Of a DNA stretch of 64,000 nucleotides, positions 61,261 through 64,000 are shown piece by piece. A program made the translations under genes and the position numbers. Under the pieces are notes generated by a model. It worked only from the letters and a program-made list of their open reading frames with translations. It had not been told where the DNA came from and did no database searches. Position 1 is the first letter of the stretch, and every line of letters starts with the position of its first letter. This DNA is from Felis catus (lineage: Eukaryota): the NCBI RefSeq assembly GCF_018350175.1, contig NC_058382.1, positions 60,824,001 to 60,888,000 on the forward strand, read 5' to 3'.

Positions 61261-62989
61261 GAAAGTAAAAGAAAACCTTTTAGTTTTCCAATCCAGTGAC
61301 CCTCAGACTGGGCACCTCTCTCCTCAATGGTGGACGGCCCGGGGTCAGGACGGCCCCTTCCCTGCCGGACGCGGCCACCCGTCTCAGTGGCACACGGGCT
61401 GCGTGCTCCAGGCCAGCGGGGTTGGAGCGCAGGGAGCAAGGGCTGTACGCGGGGGGTCAGAGGGCATGCAGGGCCCCTGGGCCTCTCGGGGGGGAGTCAC
61501 TGTTGAGGCTGGGACCGGGCGGTGTCAGGGGAGGATGGGAGGAGAGCCGGTGGGGCCAGGGAGGGAAGAGGCTGGCCTGGACCCCATTAAGGTAGAGCGG
61601 CAGGTGGAGCGGTGTGGAGGGGAGCTCACTCTGCACCCTCTGCTGGCTGGAGATGGGCACCTTCGGGCGAGATGGGCCCGCGGAGCAAAGCTCTGAGCTG
61701 GTGGCCAGAGAGGAGGCGTATCGGAAGCGGCTGGGGGAGCAGGCGCAAATGAACGGGAAGAGATCGGGGACCCGGTGCTGCGCCTTTCAAAGTTGTCGGA
61801 GGGCAGAAGAGGGCCTCGGAGCAGGCAGGCGGTCTGGGGGAGAAGGGACAGTGCCAGGGAGAGACAGGGCCCCAGGGACAGTGCCGAGGGAGAAGGGACA
61901 GGGCCCTCTGCCAGCCCGCTGGCCTTGTGCCCCCGCTGGGCTCTCTGTGCGTGGCAGACTCCCCGCCTGGCAAGGCTCCCTGCACCTGGACCGAGCCCAT
62001 CCCACAGCCCTGGACCCTTGCATCCTGGCTGTGAAGATCTGGCGCCAAAAACTGGTGCCACCTGAGGGAGGAGACAGGTGGGAAGCGGTGCCCAACCCCC
62101 ACCTTCTCCCGCCGCCACCCCCCCCCCCACCAACCCCACACGGCCAGCTGGCCTGGCCACTCGCTTGGCTGGCAGAGGCTAGGCTGCCTGTGGCTGGCTG
62201 TCATGTGCCCCGGTGCGTCCCGGTGAGTCCTGGCAATTTGGCGTGCTGCCCCCAGGGAGCCCCAGGCTCACCCTTGCTGTCCACACCCCAGGGACTGGCT
62301 GTGGAACAGGAACCCCGCTGCCGGGTCACTTTCCATTCTCTGCACACCTTTGGGCAGGTCCCATGACCTGTCTACACCTCCCGCTCCTCCACTCCACGGG
62401 GCCATGTGAGGATCTGGGGAGTGAAAATGTGCCTCGTGCAGGCTGGGGCCGGTCAGGCTCGGTGAGGGTGGCGATTGTCACCGCCCGCTGGCATCCATCC
62501 TCTTGGCTTGGCTCAGGGGATGCTTCCTCCCCCTGGACCGCCTGTATCACCCGACCTCCCAGCCCCAGCTCAGGGCCCTGGGGTCCCTTTGCTGGCTTCC
62601 CCAGGGGCCGGCGATGCCTCTGCAATGACGCACTCCCTGCCCTTCCCTACGGCAAGGGTACACCCCGCCCCTGCTTTCTGGAGAGGCAGTATTTCCTCCA
62701 GCGTCGGGCGGGGTCCCCTGGCATCGTGGCCCGTGCAACGTGTGGGGACAGAGCGGCAGCTTCTGGAGGCGTCAAGGGCCTCGTTCTGTGAGCGGGAACG
62801 AGAGCGACCACAGCCAACCTGTCACCGCCGACAAGTAACGTGAGCAAGAAGCAAACGCCTGTGGTTGGCCGGACGCCGCAGGGCCGGGGCCGCCCGGGGC
62901 CATCGCGCGCAGCAGCGTCGGCCTCCTCCCGCCTGCCCGGGCCTTGTTAACGCCAGCTCGCAGACGGCGGCACGTACGCACGCACGAGG

Positions 62990-64000
62990 CGCAAGGCGTG
63001 GGGACCGACACGCCCACTTTGCACACGAGGCAGAGGACGCTTCCGTCGCTTTGTACCCCCCTAAAATCGCTTCTCCCCGCCCCCAGTTCAAGCACCCACC
63101 GGACCGCTATCCTAACGAAGTGAGTTTCACGGTGTTGGCCCTTCCGCACAGCGGCAGGGTCACTTGGTACACACGTTCTGCGCCCGGCTTCTGCGCGGCG
63201 GCACGACGCTCCGGGGACGTGCTCGTGCCCTGAGTCCCCACGCCGTCCTCCGGGCACGCGAGCACCTGTACCTGTGGACGCCGGGTTCTTCCCGGTGTTT
63301 CGCTATCACAGGCTGAGCTACCGCAGACGTCTGTGCGCAAGACCGCTGGTCTTCCCTTCCTTCGGAGAGGTGCCCCCGAGCACAAGCGCCGGTCACATGG
63401 CAAGTACGTTCACTTTCATGAGAAATTTCCCAACTGTCTTCTCAGGTACTTGCCCTGATTTTACGTCCCCACGAGTTCCACTTCCTTGCTAACATCTGAT
63501 AGTCAGGTTTTTTGTTTTTTTGGATTTTAACAAGACATTTTTGTTTTTGTTTTTTTAAGTTTTATTTTGAGAAGGGGGGGGGCGGAGAGAGGGAGAGATT
63601 CCCAGGCAGGCTCCGCGCTGTCAGCACCGGCCGGACTTGGGGCTCGATCCCAGGAACCGTGAGATCATGACCTGAGCCGACATCAAGAGTCACACATTCA
63701 ATCGTTTGAGCCACTCAGGTGCCCCAGGTTTTTCTTTTCTCTTTTTAATTTGAGTCTTTCTAGTTGATGTGCAGCGATAAGCAATGAATTGGTATTTCTC
63801 CGACTAGGGATGTCGAGCATCTTTTCACGTGGTCGTTGGCCATCTGTCTGTCTTCTTTCACCCAAGTGTCTAATGTTTGGGCCACATTTCGTTGGGTGTC
63901 TGTACTTTTGTTGCAGAGCCAAGAATTCCTTATGAATTGTCAACGCAAAGAGTCACATGTACGTACTGTGCGTATTTTCTCTGTGTCTTGCTGTTTCGTT
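62990..64000 (-). mobile_element. Old LINE-1 (ORF2 3' end/3'UTR), antisense, GC-drifted, interrupted by a SINE; runs off the window
   Basis: GATGTCGAGCATCTTTTCACGTGGTCGTTGGCCATCTGTCTGTCTTCTTT is the antisense L1 ORF2 end. Confidence 0.75.
63540..63725 (-). mobile_element. CAN-SINE (SINEC_Fc2 type)
   Basis: T tail, GAGATCATGACCTGAGCCGACATCAAGAGTC...GAGCCACTCAGGTGCCCC. Confidence 0.9.

Overview
This is GC-rich mammalian genomic DNA from a feliform carnivore, probably a felid, judged by multiple SINEC_Fc-type CAN-SINEs. The window holds the 5' end of CBFA2T3 (MTG16/ETO2) on the minus strand. The distal first exon 1a (donor at 42038/42037) encodes HPPVLESVAASTGCSVPRGPQEGRT, matching the human MTG16a N-terminus as I recall it, and has an E-box/GATA promoter. 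About 32 kb downstream lies a CpG-island first exon, probably the non-coding exon 1b (donor at 9534/9533). Exon 2 onward lies left of the window; I found no other credible coding exon, and the long ORFs in the track are GC or repeat artefacts. The rest is intron 1 and upstream DNA with a 2-kb 36/37-bp minisatellite, two ~1.1-kb (TCCA)n/(TGGA)n tracts, SINEs, GC-drifted old L1/L2/MIR/MLT copies and DNA-transposon relics. I found no evidence of a new multi-gene system. The best leads are an apparent frameshift and start-codon loss in exon 1a, a strong-Kozak uORF in exon 1b, an octamer triplet, a TALE/E-box minisatellite with a 507-bp higher-order repeat, and a ~77-bp inverted duplication. All comparisons with human or consensus sequences are from memory and need alignment to confirm.
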